The translations under genes were made by a program, and so were the position numbers. Shown here piece after piece: positions 9,081-18,710 of a DNA stretch of 32,717 nt. Numbering within the stretch: the stretch's first letter is position 1; every line of letters starts with the position of its first letter. Origin of the DNA: Candidatus Obscuribacterales bacterium. GTDB lineage: Bacteria; Cyanobacteriota; Cyanobacteriia; Cyanobacteriales; Microcoleaceae. Location: assembly GCA_036703685.1 (NCBI GenBank), contig DATNRE010000666.1, positions 1-32,717 of the forward strand, in the 5' to 3' direction. The notes under the pieces were generated by a model that had not been told where the DNA came from, searched no databases, and worked only from the letters and a program-made list of their open reading frames with translations.

Positions 9081-9096
9081 CCCCCCGACCAAGCCC

Positions 9097-10548
9097 ATGA
9101 AAGTTAGACCCCTGGAAACGGAAAATGGTACAAACCTGTATGAGCAGGTAGCCCATAGAATAGAAGGCTTAATTATTGAAGGCACTTTACAAACGGGCGA
9201 TCGCATTCCCTCCGTACGAAAAATGCACCAACAGATGAACGTGAGCATTTCTACGGTCTTAGAAGCCTATCGTTTACTAGAAGACCGGGGATTAATTGCC
9301 GTGCGTCCCCAGTCCGGTTATTTTGTCCGTCCAGGTGTGCTATCCCATCGAGAGGAACCCAACCCCTCAGCCCCGCCCCACCAAGCCCTAAAGGTGGATA
9401 CCTCCCTCGCTGTGCGGATTAATCGCACCCTGCGGGAACCGAATATGATTAAACTGGGGGCGGCTGTGGCTGATCCGTCCTTACTTCCCCTGGCTACCCT
9501 AAACCGTTTGATCGGACAAACCTTGAGAAATGACCCGGAGCGCTGCCATTCCTATGACGTCCTACCCGGTTGTGAACCCCTGCGGCATGAAGTGGCCCGG
9601 CGGTTAATGGAAGCCGGATGTTCGATCACACCGGATCAGATTTTGATTACCAACGGCACCACCGAAGCCCTGTATTTATCCTTACGAGCGATCACCAAAC
9701 CTGGGGATACCGTCGCCATTGAATCCCCCTCCTATTATGGATTATTAGAAGTCATCGCCTCACTGAATTTACGCGCCTTAGAATTACCCACCCATCCCCG
9801 GGAAGGACTCTGTTTAGACACCTTAGAAACCGCCCTAAAAAAAGGCTCAATTGCCGCTTGTGCCTTAGTGTCTAATTTTAGTAATCCTTTAGGCACTTGT
9901 ATGAGTGATTTACATAAAAAACAATTAGTTACTGTCCTAGAAAAATATAATATTCCCCTAGTAGAAGATGATGTTTATGGGGATTTATGTTTTCAAGGAA
10001 ATCGCCCCAAAGCAATTAAAGCTTTCGATCAAAAAGGATTAGTTTTATATTGTGCTTCCTGTAGTAAAACCCTATCCCCAGGATTACGGGTCGGTTGGTT
10101 AGTAGCGGGACAATATCAAACTCAAGTCGAACAATTAAAACTATTTACTAATATTTCCACGGCTACTGTCAATCAGTTAGCGATCGCGGCTTTTTTATCT
10201 AATGGGGGCTATGAACGACATTTGCGCCAATTAAGGCGAGCTTATTATGAACAGGTGATGCGCATGACCCAGGCAATTTGTGATTATTTCCCCTCAGAAA
10301 CTAAAGTTTCTCGTCCTTCTGGGGGTCATGTATTGTGGGTAGAATTGCCCGCTCATTTTGATGCTTTAGAATTATATGAACAGGCCTATCAACATCAAAT
10401 TAGTATTGCTCCAGGGTCGATGTTTTCGGCATCGGGAGCCTATCAAAACTGTTTTCGCTTAAACTGTGGTTTACCTTGGTCAGATCAACTAGATCAAGCG
10501 ATGAAAATTTTGGGGAATTTAATTAAAAATATAAATAGTAATCGGTAG
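9097..10548 (+). CDS. GntR/MocR-family regulator with PLP aminotransferase domain
   Basis: wHTH LYEQVA...GDRIPSVR...VSISTVLEAY...RPQSGYFV. PLP domain ESPSYYG, NPLG, EDDVYGDL and SCSKTLSPGLRVGW. Confidence 0.95.
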   Translation: MKVRPLETENGTNLYEQVAHRIEGLIIEGTLQTGDRIPSVRKMHQQMNVSISTVLEAYRLLEDRGLIAVRPQSGYFVRPGVLSHREEPNPSAPPHQALKVDTSLAVRINRTLREPNMIKLGAAVADPSLLPLATLNRLIGQTLRNDPERCHSYDVLPGCEPLRHEVARRLMEAGCSITPDQILITNGTTEALYLSLRAITKPGDTVAIESPSYYGLLEVIASLNLRALELPTHPREGLCLDTLETALKKGSIAACALVSNFSNPLGTCMSDLHKKQLVTVLEKYNIPLVEDDVYGDLCFQGNRPKAIKAFDQKGLVLYCASCSKTLSPGLRVGWLVAGQYQTQVEQLKLFTNISTATVNQLAIAAFLSNGGYERHLRQLRRAYYEQVMRMTQAICDYFPSETKVSRPSGGHVLWVELPAHFDALELYEQAYQHQISIAPGSMFSASGAYQNCFRLNCGLPWSDQLDQAMKILGNLIKNINSNR

Positions 10549-10568
10549 AGACGTGCCATGGCGCGTCT
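10545..10568 (+). repeat. GTAG-type REP-like palindrome
   Basis: GTAG-AGACGTGCCATGGCGCGTCT. Its TAG is the stop codon of the MocR gene. Confidence 0.75.
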
Positions 10569-10593
10569 GTATTACCCATTAACCATTACCCCT

Positions 10594-11583
10594 TTATTTA
10601 ATTGTTTTTGATGCAACCTGAACTTGGTCACGCCCTTGAAATTTTGCCTTGTACATGGCTTTATCTGCGGCGCTAATTAACTCTTGTAAATAGTCTTGAC
10701 CTCCAGGGATAGCACAGGCAACACCGGAACTATTAGTAATAAAAGAACTAATCGGAGATGAATCATGGTGAATTTGCAGGGAACGGATTTGGGTTTGGAT
10801 TTCCTGAGCAATTTTTTCAGCACTTTCTATATCAACTCTAGGTAAAATAATAGCAAATTCCTCGCCACCATAACGAGCCACTAAATAGGTTTCAGTTTTT
10901 CTAACTCTTTTAACGGCAGTTTCAATAGCATTGGCAATTCTTTGTAAGCAATAATCCCCGGCTAAATGACCATAGGTATCATTATAAAACTTAAAAAAAT
11001 CCACATCACATAAAATCATGGAAAGATAGTCCCCTTCACAGGATTGCCATTGTTCTTGTAAATAGGTATAAAACTGACGGCGGTTTGCTACTTGAGTCAG
11101 ATCATCCAGGGAGGCTAAACGCTTAAGTTGTTGATTTTCAGCTTGTAATTTGATCAGTAATTCCTGTTGAACTTGAAGTTGTTTTTTTAGCGTATTAATA
11201 GTAGTATCTGGCAATGGTTTATCCTCTAAATTACTTGAATTGATTAATGGATTTAAAGTATTCATGGTTGTTGCGGAAGACGGGAGGTTAGGGTTGTTAA
11301 TAGCGGAATAATGATTCATCCAAAGTAAAGGAACATTTTGAGTAATTTTTGCTTGTTTTAATTTTTGATGCGTTTCTTGAGGATTAGTATTATTGGCATC
11401 AAAGGGAATCAGAATCAGATCAGGATTACTATATTCAGCATGAAAAATAGCACTTTCTGGATCGGGAGAAATCACAAAATTTAAGTTAAGTTGCTTCAAT
11501 AGGTTCACAAATGATCTAAAATTGAATAAGTTAGTTTCCTCGATCACAATGATAATATAGGGTTTTAACAGACGATGATTCAT
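10594..11583 (-). CDS. Diguanylate cyclase with degenerate receiver domain
   Basis: DDLTQVANRR, DVDFFKFYNDTYGHLAGD, ARYGGEEF and ADKAMYKAK. The N-terminal PDLILIPFD lacks the phosphoacceptor Asp. Start is 11583 or 11619. Confidence 0.9.
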   Translation of the reverse strand: MNHRLLKPYIIIVIEETNLFNFRSFVNLLKQLNLNFVISPDPESAIFHAEYSNPDLILIPFDANNTNPQETHQKLKQAKITQNVPLLWMNHYSAINNPNLPSSATTMNTLNPLINSSNLEDKPLPDTTINTLKKQLQVQQELLIKLQAENQQLKRLASLDDLTQVANRRQFYTYLQEQWQSCEGDYLSMILCDVDFFKFYNDTYGHLAGDYCLQRIANAIETAVKRVRKTETYLVARYGGEEFAIILPRVDIESAEKIAQEIQTQIRSLQIHHDSSPISSFITNSSGVACAIPGGQDYLQELISAADKAMYKAKFQGRDQVQVASKTIK

Positions 11584-11745
11584 GATGGGTATGCAACCAG
11601 GGAAATTTAAGTTCAGCATTTTGACCTAATTAATGACATCGAACTGACTGAAGTATCTAATGTTTGGGTTCGACTAGCAGTGATAGAGCTTGGATAAACC
11701 TGTGATAGTTCAAAACCTTTAATGTGACGAACAGGTCAGATCAAA

Positions 11746-11895
11746 TATGACTGAAATCACAAATTATTAGTGACCCAGATCACAAATAAGCCATGGGCAG
11801 GTGGCAAAAACCACAGTATCAAAGTCTGCGCGGTTAGGGGAATTGAGAGGTGGAGGCTAAATTTTTGATCACAAACTTGTGTGACCTCTCTCTCA
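11746..11895. promoter_or_regulatory. Three CRP-like boxes (TGTGA-N6-TCACA, one mismatch each)
   Basis: TATGA-CTGAAA-TCACA at 11746-11761, AGTGA-CCCAGA-TCACA at 11769-11784 and TGTGA-CCTCTC-TCTCA at 11880-11895. Confidence 0.6.
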
Positions 11896-11963
11896 CCCCC
11901 TAGGTTCAGAGTCGGGTGTAGGATAGGAAAGGTTAATGTAGTGAATCAAAAAAATAGGTGTCT

Positions 11964-12362
11964 ATGTCAATTTGGCCCAGTTTAGTCACAATTGGTGCGT
12001 TACTACTGTATTTGGTTGTCACAATTAATGTTGGACGTGCCCGAATCAAATACAAAATTATGCCTCCTGAAATGACTGGAGACGAGAATTTTGAGCGCGT
12101 GGTACGAGTCCAACAAAATACCCTAGAACAATTAGTTTTATTTCTTCCGGGCCTGTGGCTGTTTTCTGAATGGATCAACCCGATTTGGGCTGGAGGTTTA
12201 GGAGGGGTTTGGATCGTCGGACGAATTTTATTTGCTTGGGGATATTACCAAGCCGCCGAAAAACGAACTTTAGGATTTGCGATCAGTTCTTTAGTTAGTT
12301 TTACCCTATTGGGTGGTGCTATAGTTGGAGTGATTCTATCGCTAATTTCAGCCCCAAAATAA
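11964..12362 (+). CDS. MAPEG family membrane protein (microsomal GST-like)
   Basis: VGRARIKYKIMPPEMTGDENFERVVRVQQNTLEQ, WIVGRILFAWGYY and KR-LGF. Confidence 0.92.
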   Translation: MSIWPSLVTIGALLLYLVVTINVGRARIKYKIMPPEMTGDENFERVVRVQQNTLEQLVLFLPGLWLFSEWINPIWAGGLGGVWIVGRILFAWGYYQAAEKRTLGFAISSLVSFTLLGGAIVGVILSLISAPK

Positions 12363-12403
12363 CCCCTGGTTTCCATGTTCTATAATGCTTGGTTTTAAAT
12401 CCG

Positions 12404-12631
12404 ATGGCAACAACACTTTTACCTTTAGAAAAAAACCTGAATCTGCACACCCTGGAAGTTCAACTCTTGCAATCAGCTTTATCGCAAGCTGAAACAGTGG
12501 GCGAACTCACGGCTTTGATTATTAATCATACCCATTTGGAGATTATGCAGGCCTTTGAACAACTTTCCTCTCCTGAGCAACAGCGAGTACAGGAACTTTG
12601 GGAAGTCAAAATTTCTCAACATTGGAAATAA
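12404..12631 (+). CDS. Hypothetical protein (75 aa)
   Basis: The ORF ends 13 nt before hpsL, and TATAAT lies at 12381-12386. No family recognised. Confidence 0.6.
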   Translation: MATTLLPLEKNLNLHTLEVQLLQSALSQAETVGELTALIINHTHLEIMQAFEQLSSPEQQRVQELWEVKISQHWK

Positions 12632-12644
12632 CTATTAGATCCTA

Positions 12645-14252
12645 ATGTCTAACGTCCCCAGCCCTCCCCCAAAATCATCACTTCAGGGTCAGGATCAACC
12701 TGAATTTAACGAAATCGATCCTATGATGGAAAGTGAGACTCTCCCCCCCGCGAGCTCAGATTTTCTGCGGTTTTTGGGCATCATTAGTGCTGTAGGATTG
12801 TTAGTCGGACTGCTACTATTTGCCAATGGGTTGAGTGTAATTACCATTACCCTAATCACATTGGCGCTGATAATTATGGCGCTCTGTTGGCGCTATCCCC
12901 GCCCAGGACTATGGGCTTTTTTAATTTATTTACCCTTTGCGGGGACAATTTCCTATTGGGTGGGTAACGATCATTTCCTGTTTCATTTAGCCAAAGATGG
13001 GCTATATATTCCCGCCTTAATTGGTTTGGTGATGGAATTAAGAAAAAAAAAGTTACCCCTAATTAATCCCCCCCAACTTAAAATTCCCCTATTAATTTTA
13101 TTTATAATTGCGATCATCACCTTAATTGCCGTTAATGGTGTGCTACAAAAACACGCCACCCCCGATAATCAACCCTTTGCCATAGGAATCTTTGGCTTAA
13201 AAGTTTTAATGGGATATATTCCCCTAATCACCTGTGGTTATTATTTGATTCGCCATCGTCAAGATCTGGAATTTTTTACTCGGTTACAAGTAATTTTGAT
13301 CTTAATTTGCTGCATCTTAGGATTAATTCAATTTGGATTAGTTGTTACCGGATATTGTCCTGACAATACGGGTTTACCAGAACATTTATTATTAAGGGCA
13401 AATATACAGCGAAAATGTTTGGTAGGAGGGGCTTTAGGTTATTTCCCCGCAGAAAATTTTATTCGTTTACCAGGAACCTTTGTGGCCCCCTGGCATTGGG
13501 CCTGGTTTTTAGTTTCCAGTACGTTTTTCTGTTTTGCTACGGCCTTTAGCGATCCTAAATTACGCTGGCGTTTAATGGGTTTGGTCACCTTGGCTTTAGT
13601 CATACTCAATGCCATTGTTTCCGGTCAAAGAACGGCCCTTTTAGCCTCTCCCTCCATTGTGATTTTACTGCTAGTTGCCACCAGTCACATTTCCCGAATT
13701 AAGCGGCTTGTAGTGATTGTTTTGGGAATGGTTGTTTTTGTGGTGGGAACCTGGATGATCGCACCTGAAGTCATGACCGAGCGAGTTGATAACTTTATTG
13801 GACGCTGGAATGCCGATCCTCCGGCGGTATTTTTAACCAAGCAAACTAACTTTAGTTTGGCAGCCCATCGAGGCTTTTTAGGCAATGGTTTAGGGCAAGC
13901 CACAACTTCAGCCCGAGCCCTAGGAAAAACTCGATTAATTGAAGCCTATTATCCTAAATTATTTTATGAAATTGGGCCATTTGGAGTAGCTGCTTTCCTG
14001 TTCTTAGTAACTAATATTACGATTTTTGGGTTTAAATCCTATCATCAATTACAGGATCATAGTCTGTGGGGCTATGGAATTATCTTCTGGATTTTTATTG
14101 TTTTAATTAGCTATAACCCCTACTGGTATCCTCTGGATACCGATCCGGTGGCGGTATATTATTGGTTTTTAGTGGGTGTCCTTTTCAAACTACCTAATAT
14201 TCAAAAGCAAGAGCAGAAAAAAGATCTCCCAGAAGGAGCTATTCCTAGTTAA
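12645..14252 (+). CDS. hpsL: Hormogonium polysaccharide biosynthesis protein HpsL-like (O-antigen ligase/Wzy-like membrane protein)
   Basis: FHLAKD-YIPAL, GLKVLMGYIPL, IRLPGTFVAPWHWAWFL, GNGLGQAT-SAR-LG-T-LIE-YYPK and YWYPLDTDPVAVYYW. Confidence 0.78.
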   Translation: MSNVPSPPPKSSLQGQDQPEFNEIDPMMESETLPPASSDFLRFLGIISAVGLLVGLLLFANGLSVITITLITLALIIMALCWRYPRPGLWAFLIYLPFAGTISYWVGNDHFLFHLAKDGLYIPALIGLVMELRKKKLPLINPPQLKIPLLILFIIAIITLIAVNGVLQKHATPDNQPFAIGIFGLKVLMGYIPLITCGYYLIRHRQDLEFFTRLQVILILICCILGLIQFGLVVTGYCPDNTGLPEHLLLRANIQRKCLVGGALGYFPAENFIRLPGTFVAPWHWAWFLVSSTFFCFATAFSDPKLRWRLMGLVTLALVILNAIVSGQRTALLASPSIVILLLVATSHISRIKRLVVIVLGMVVFVVGTWMIAPEVMTERVDNFIGRWNADPPAVFLTKQTNFSLAAHRGFLGNGLGQATTSARALGKTRLIEAYYPKLFYEIGPFGVAAFLFLVTNITIFGFKSYHQLQDHSLWGYGIIFWIFIVLISYNPYWYPLDTDPVAVYYWFLVGVLFKLPNIQKQEQKKDLPEGAIPS

Positions 14253-14588
14253 TATTATTTTTATCAATCCTTACACAAATGTTAATCTGAACGCACCTCA
14301 AAGGGCTTGAGTCAAGTAGCAAAAAAATGTTATGATTATAAATTATATTTGATACGAAGGATTATTAGAAAAAATGAGCTTTGGGATGTGGATTATTTCG
14401 AGGATCAAAGTAACCCAGTTTAAAACCTCGACAACAAATAGAATTGAGACTGTTCAGTTTTCTCAAATACCATAACTAACCGAGAAACTTCACCCCATAG
14501 CCACAAGAAAAATCAACAGGGGTCTTCATCCCAATCTGTAATGATTTAGCGATACCTTAATCCATGCCCTCTCTTATCTGATTCCCAA

Positions 14589-16385
14589 ATGAATGATTAC
14601 AACCTTAATCCCACAAAAACTGAAGATATTCTCATTGTTGATGATACCCCAGATAACCTACATTTACTGTCCCGAATGCTGACCCGTCAGGGATACAATG
14701 TTCGTAAAGCCTTGAGTGGGCCCATGGCTTTAATGGCGGCTCAAACCGTTGCTCCCGACTTAATTCTCCTAGATATTATGATGCCGGAAATGGATGGTTA
14801 CGAGGTTTGCCAACACTTAAAAGCCGATGCCAAAACCGCAGAAATTCCGATTATTTTTTTGAGTGCTTTAGATGATGTTCTCGATAAAGTCAAAGGTTTT
14901 CAAGTCGGAGGGGTGGACTATATTACTAAACCCTTTCAATTTGAAGAAGTCTTAATCCGAGTTCAAAATCAATTAGCTTTACGAGCCGCAGAATTAGAAA
15001 TCCGGGTCTTGAATGAGGAACTAGAAGTTCGGGTAAAACAACGCACTCAGGAACTAGAGGCAGCCAATACTAAACTATTAGCAATGGCACTGCATGACTC
15101 CTTGACCGGCTTACCCAATCGGGCCTTATTGATGACGGATTTACACCGATCTATTCATTTAGCTAAAGCTAATTCGGGTTATCAGTTTGCGGTGTTATTT
15201 TTAGATTGCGATCGCTTTAAAGTGGTGAATGATTCCTTGGGTCATTTAGTCGGGGATGAACTCTTAGTTTTAATTGCCCACCGTCTTAGCTGTTATGTTA
15301 AACCTCAAAATACATTAGCCCGTTTGGGGGGGGATGAATTTGCCATTTTATTAACAGAAATTCCTGATTTTAATGCGGTAATCACACTATCGGATCAGAT
15401 TTTACAGTGTTTTTCTCAACCATTTAACTTAGAACGACACGAGATTTTTATTAACGCGAGTATTGGCATTGTCATCGGCAATTGTGACTATGACGAACCG
15501 GAACATCTACTCAGAGATGCAGATACGGCAATGTATCGAGCCAAAGCCCTAGGAAAAGGACAATATCATCTGTTTGATCCGGTGATGCACACCGCCGCTT
15601 TAGAGCGATTACAGTTAGAAACGGATTTACGTCGGGGGATTGAACAACAGGAGTTAGTGGTTCATTATCAACCCATTGTCTGTTTAAATACGGGCAAAAT
15701 TTCGGGGTTTGAAGCCTTAGTTAGATGGCGCCATCCTCAACGAGGATTAGTACCACCTAATCTATTTATTCCGATTGCTGAAGAAACGGGTTTAATTACA
15801 GCCATTGGCTATTGGGTTTTATCCGAATCTTGTCATCAACTGCGGGCTTGGCAAAAACAAAATTTAATTGATCCTCGTTTATTTGTGAGTGTCAATTTAT
15901 CGGTAAAACAGTTTGCTCAACCGAATTTATTAGAACAAATTGATCAAGTTTTAGTAGATAGTCAACTCAATCCCGACTGTTTAAAACTAGAAATTACCGA
16001 AAGTGCAATTATGGACAATCATCAGAACGTTGCTACTATTCTCAAAGAACTGAGAAAACGCCATATTCTCATCAGTATTGATGATTTTGGGACGGGATAT
16101 TCTTCTCTAAGTTATCTGCATTCTTTTCCCGTAGATACCCTGAAAATCGATAAATCCTTTGTGCAAAGACTGAACCTAGAATCGGAAAATATTGGCTTAA
16201 TTCCTGTGATTATTAGTTTAGCTAAAACCATGAATATGAATGTCGTTGCTGAAGGAATTGAACTCCCCGAACAATTAGAAATACTCCGAGAATTAAATTG
16301 TGGATTAGGTCAGGGATATTTATTTGCCAAACCCCTACCTGGAGAAGAATTGATTAAGTTTTTGTCCTCAACTCCCCAGTGGTGA
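14589..16385 (+). CDS. Response regulator with REC-GGDEF-EAL domains
   Basis: IVDD/LLDIMMP/TKPF receiver; ARLGGDEF; EALVRW, LEITES, DDFGTGYSS, KIDKSF, AEGIE and QGYLF. Confidence 0.95.
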   Translation: MNDYNLNPTKTEDILIVDDTPDNLHLLSRMLTRQGYNVRKALSGPMALMAAQTVAPDLILLDIMMPEMDGYEVCQHLKADAKTAEIPIIFLSALDDVLDKVKGFQVGGVDYITKPFQFEEVLIRVQNQLALRAAELEIRVLNEELEVRVKQRTQELEAANTKLLAMALHDSLTGLPNRALLMTDLHRSIHLAKANSGYQFAVLFLDCDRFKVVNDSLGHLVGDELLVLIAHRLSCYVKPQNTLARLGGDEFAILLTEIPDFNAVITLSDQILQCFSQPFNLERHEIFINASIGIVIGNCDYDEPEHLLRDADTAMYRAKALGKGQYHLFDPVMHTAALERLQLETDLRRGIEQQELVVHYQPIVCLNTGKISGFEALVRWRHPQRGLVPPNLFIPIAEETGLITAIGYWVLSESCHQLRAWQKQNLIDPRLFVSVNLSVKQFAQPNLLEQIDQVLVDSQLNPDCLKLEITESAIMDNHQNVATILKELRKRHILISIDDFGTGYSSLSYLHSFPVDTLKIDKSFVQRLNLESENIGLIPVIISLAKTMNMNVVAEGIELPEQLEILRELNCGLGQGYLFAKPLPGEELIKFLSSTPQW

Positions 16386-16388
16386 ACC

Positions 16389-17438
16389 ATGAATCAAGAT
16401 AGTATTGGTTCTCATCATAATTTGCTGATTGTTGATGATGAACCGGATAATATTCGAGTTTTATCAGCTTTATTAAGTCAACAGGGATATCATGTTCGCA
16501 AATCCTTAAATGCCCAAATGGCACTCATAGCAATTGAGAGTATAAAACCGGATTTAATTCTATTAGATATTCGGATGCCGGGTGTGAATGGATACGAGTT
16601 ATGTCGTCAGCTAAAATCAAATTTAGAAACTAATGATATTCCGATCATTTTTATTAGTGCACTGAATCAAGTTGAAGATATTGTTCAAGCGTTTTCTGCT
16701 GGAGGAATAGATTATATTACTAAACCATTTAAAGTGGATGAAGTCCTAGCTCGGGTCAAAAATCAGTTAACTATTTGTGATTTAAAAAAGAAACTTATTG
16801 AACAAAATCAACAACTGTTACAACAAAATAGTCAATTACAAGAAGAAGTTAGAATTCGTCAACAGGCAGAAGAAAGTTTACAAACCGTGAATCGTCAATT
16901 ACAAAATTTAGCGTCCTATGATAGTTTAACTACCCTGGCTAATCGTCGTCATTTTGATGAATATTTTGCCGACACCTGGAAACAAATGATGCAGGAACAA
17001 AAACCCCTTTCTTTACTTTTATGTGATTTAGATTGTTTTAAAAATTATAATGATAATTACGGACATCCGGCCGGAGATATTTGTCTAAAATTAGTCGCCC
17101 AAGCTTTAGATCGATCAGTTAGTAATACTCAGGATTTAGTGGCCCGTTATGGTGGGGAAGAATTCGCGGTGATTTTACCGAATACGGATTTAGAAAGGGC
17201 ACTGAAAGTGGCTCAAACTATCCATGAGGAAGTACAACAGCTAAAAATTGATCATAACTATTCAACGGTTAATTCTATTGTTACCGTCAGCATTGGGATT
17301 TCCTATCAAATTCCCCAACCGGATACCTCCCCGGAACAGTTATTAAAAATTGCTGATCAAGCCCTTTATGAAGCCAAACAAAAAGGTCGAAATCAATATT
17401 GTGTGAGAGTTGAATTAAAAAATAAAGACCACCTTTAA
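16389..17438 (+). CDS. Response regulator diguanylate cyclase (REC-GGDEF)
   Basis: IVDD/LLDIRMP/TKPF receiver, coiled coil, DSLTTLANRR and ARYGGEEF. Begins 3 nt after the previous gene. Confidence 0.95.
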   Translation: MNQDSIGSHHNLLIVDDEPDNIRVLSALLSQQGYHVRKSLNAQMALIAIESIKPDLILLDIRMPGVNGYELCRQLKSNLETNDIPIIFISALNQVEDIVQAFSAGGIDYITKPFKVDEVLARVKNQLTICDLKKKLIEQNQQLLQQNSQLQEEVRIRQQAEESLQTVNRQLQNLASYDSLTTLANRRHFDEYFADTWKQMMQEQKPLSLLLCDLDCFKNYNDNYGHPAGDICLKLVAQALDRSVSNTQDLVARYGGEEFAVILPNTDLERALKVAQTIHEEVQQLKIDHNYSTVNSIVTVSIGISYQIPQPDTSPEQLLKIADQALYEAKQKGRNQYCVRVELKNKDHL

Positions 17439-18710
17439 CTCCCAATTATCTCCATCTCTCATAATTTCAATTGTTTTAATAAATTCTCTAAAATAAAACC
17501 TACGTTCAGTTTCTGATAAATCCCACCAAAACTGCGAAATACAAACCGCCTGTGCGGTTTCTTTTAAATTAACTGGAGGAAGTTCCGCTAACTTTCCTTG
17601 TAACTGAGAAATCTCTATCCGCAGTTTATAACGTCTTAATTCTGCTGTTTCTAAATCTAATACTCCAGAAGTTAATAAATCGTTAACTTGTAATAAAATC
17701 TCTTGTTTTTGATTAATTCCCTGAATAATACCCTGTTTAACTATTTGTAAATCCGGTAAATTTAAACCGGAAACCGCTTGAGGTAAATCTTGACAAATGC
17801 GCTCAATTGTTAACTCTAATCCCCTTTGATAAGATAGGGCTTTACACTTAGGATTTTTGGGACAATTGATCGGACGTAAATATAAATATTCTCGGTCTTT
17901 CCGATAGGTCGTAACCCGGGAAACCGTCATTAAAGATTGACATTCTCGACAAATTACTAACCCCGCTAAGGAACGTGGTGCACTGGCTGTGCGAGGAGAA
18001 AGGCGTTGATTTCTCCGTAATAATCGATCCACCTGGGCGGCTTCATCCCGGGAAATAATCGGAGGATGGGTATTAGAAATAATTTCGCCATTTTTATATT
18101 CTAAATCTCCTCGATAAACCGGATTAGTTAACCATCTTCTTCCGGTAGTTACTGATATTTTTTTCCCATAACGTTTTTCTAAATAGCGCACCGCACCCCG
18201 CAAAGATCCATAAATTAAAAACCGATCAAAAAACTCTTTAACAATCGGTGAAACGCTCCGATCTAAAATATAACGGTCTTTTCCCCGTCGATATCCATAG
18301 GGTGCTTTTCCGGGGGGAGGTAGGGCTTTAATTCTATTTTTAGCGTGTCCGGTGAGAATCCGGCGACTACGTTGGCGAGTTTGAATTTCAAGAAATAATT
18401 GGATTAAATCCGATCGATTAATTTCACCCACAGAGGTGTTAAAATCGGACTCAATGGCAATAATATTAATTTGGAAAGATTCTAATTTTTGTAAGCGATC
18501 GCTAACTTCTAAAACCGAATTTCCTAACTCCTCTAACCGTCGAATTAATAAATAATCCGGTGCTTCCAAATCACAATCTTTTAACAAGTCTTCGAGTTCC
18601 TGTCTTCCCCCTAAATCCTGATAAACCCGATCCACTTCCCATCCCCAAATCATCCGATCAGGTGGTTGTTCAAATAGAGGATCACTATAAGAATAGGCAA
18701 TAATTTTCAT
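17415..18710 (-). CDS. Large serine recombinase-family protein with degenerate catalytic domain
   Basis: GKAPYGY, WLTNPVYRG and HPPIIS (recombinase domain); LAGLVICRECQS...C...C (Zn ribbon); coiled coil. YSYSD and LEELGN replace YxRVS and LDRLxR. Confidence 0.85.
   Translation of the reverse strand: MKIIAYSYSDPLFEQPPDRMIWGWEVDRVYQDLGGRQELEDLLKDCDLEAPDYLLIRRLEELGNSVLEVSDRLQKLESFQINIIAIESDFNTSVGEINRSDLIQLFLEIQTRQRSRRILTGHAKNRIKALPPPGKAPYGYRRGKDRYILDRSVSPIVKEFFDRFLIYGSLRGAVRYLEKRYGKKISVTTGRRWLTNPVYRGDLEYKNGEIISNTHPPIISRDEAAQVDRLLRRNQRLSPRTASAPRSLAGLVICRECQSLMTVSRVTTYRKDREYLYLRPINCPKNPKCKALSYQRGLELTIERICQDLPQAVSGLNLPDLQIVKQGIIQGINQKQEILLQVNDLLTSGVLDLETAELRRYKLRIEISQLQGKLAELPPVNLKETAQAVCISQFWWDLSETERRFYFREFIKTIEIMRDGDNWELKVVFIF

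Noticed and set aside
11785-11860. Possible c-di-GMP (GEMM) riboswitch next to the GGDEF gene
   Set aside because: The two-hairpin tetraloop/receptor architecture could not be built. An Rfam scan would settle it.
17415-18710. Recombinase as a prophage integrase or XisF-like excision element
   Set aside because: Catalytic motifs are missing, no interrupted gene or att repeats were seen, and the flanking genes are ordinary host genes.
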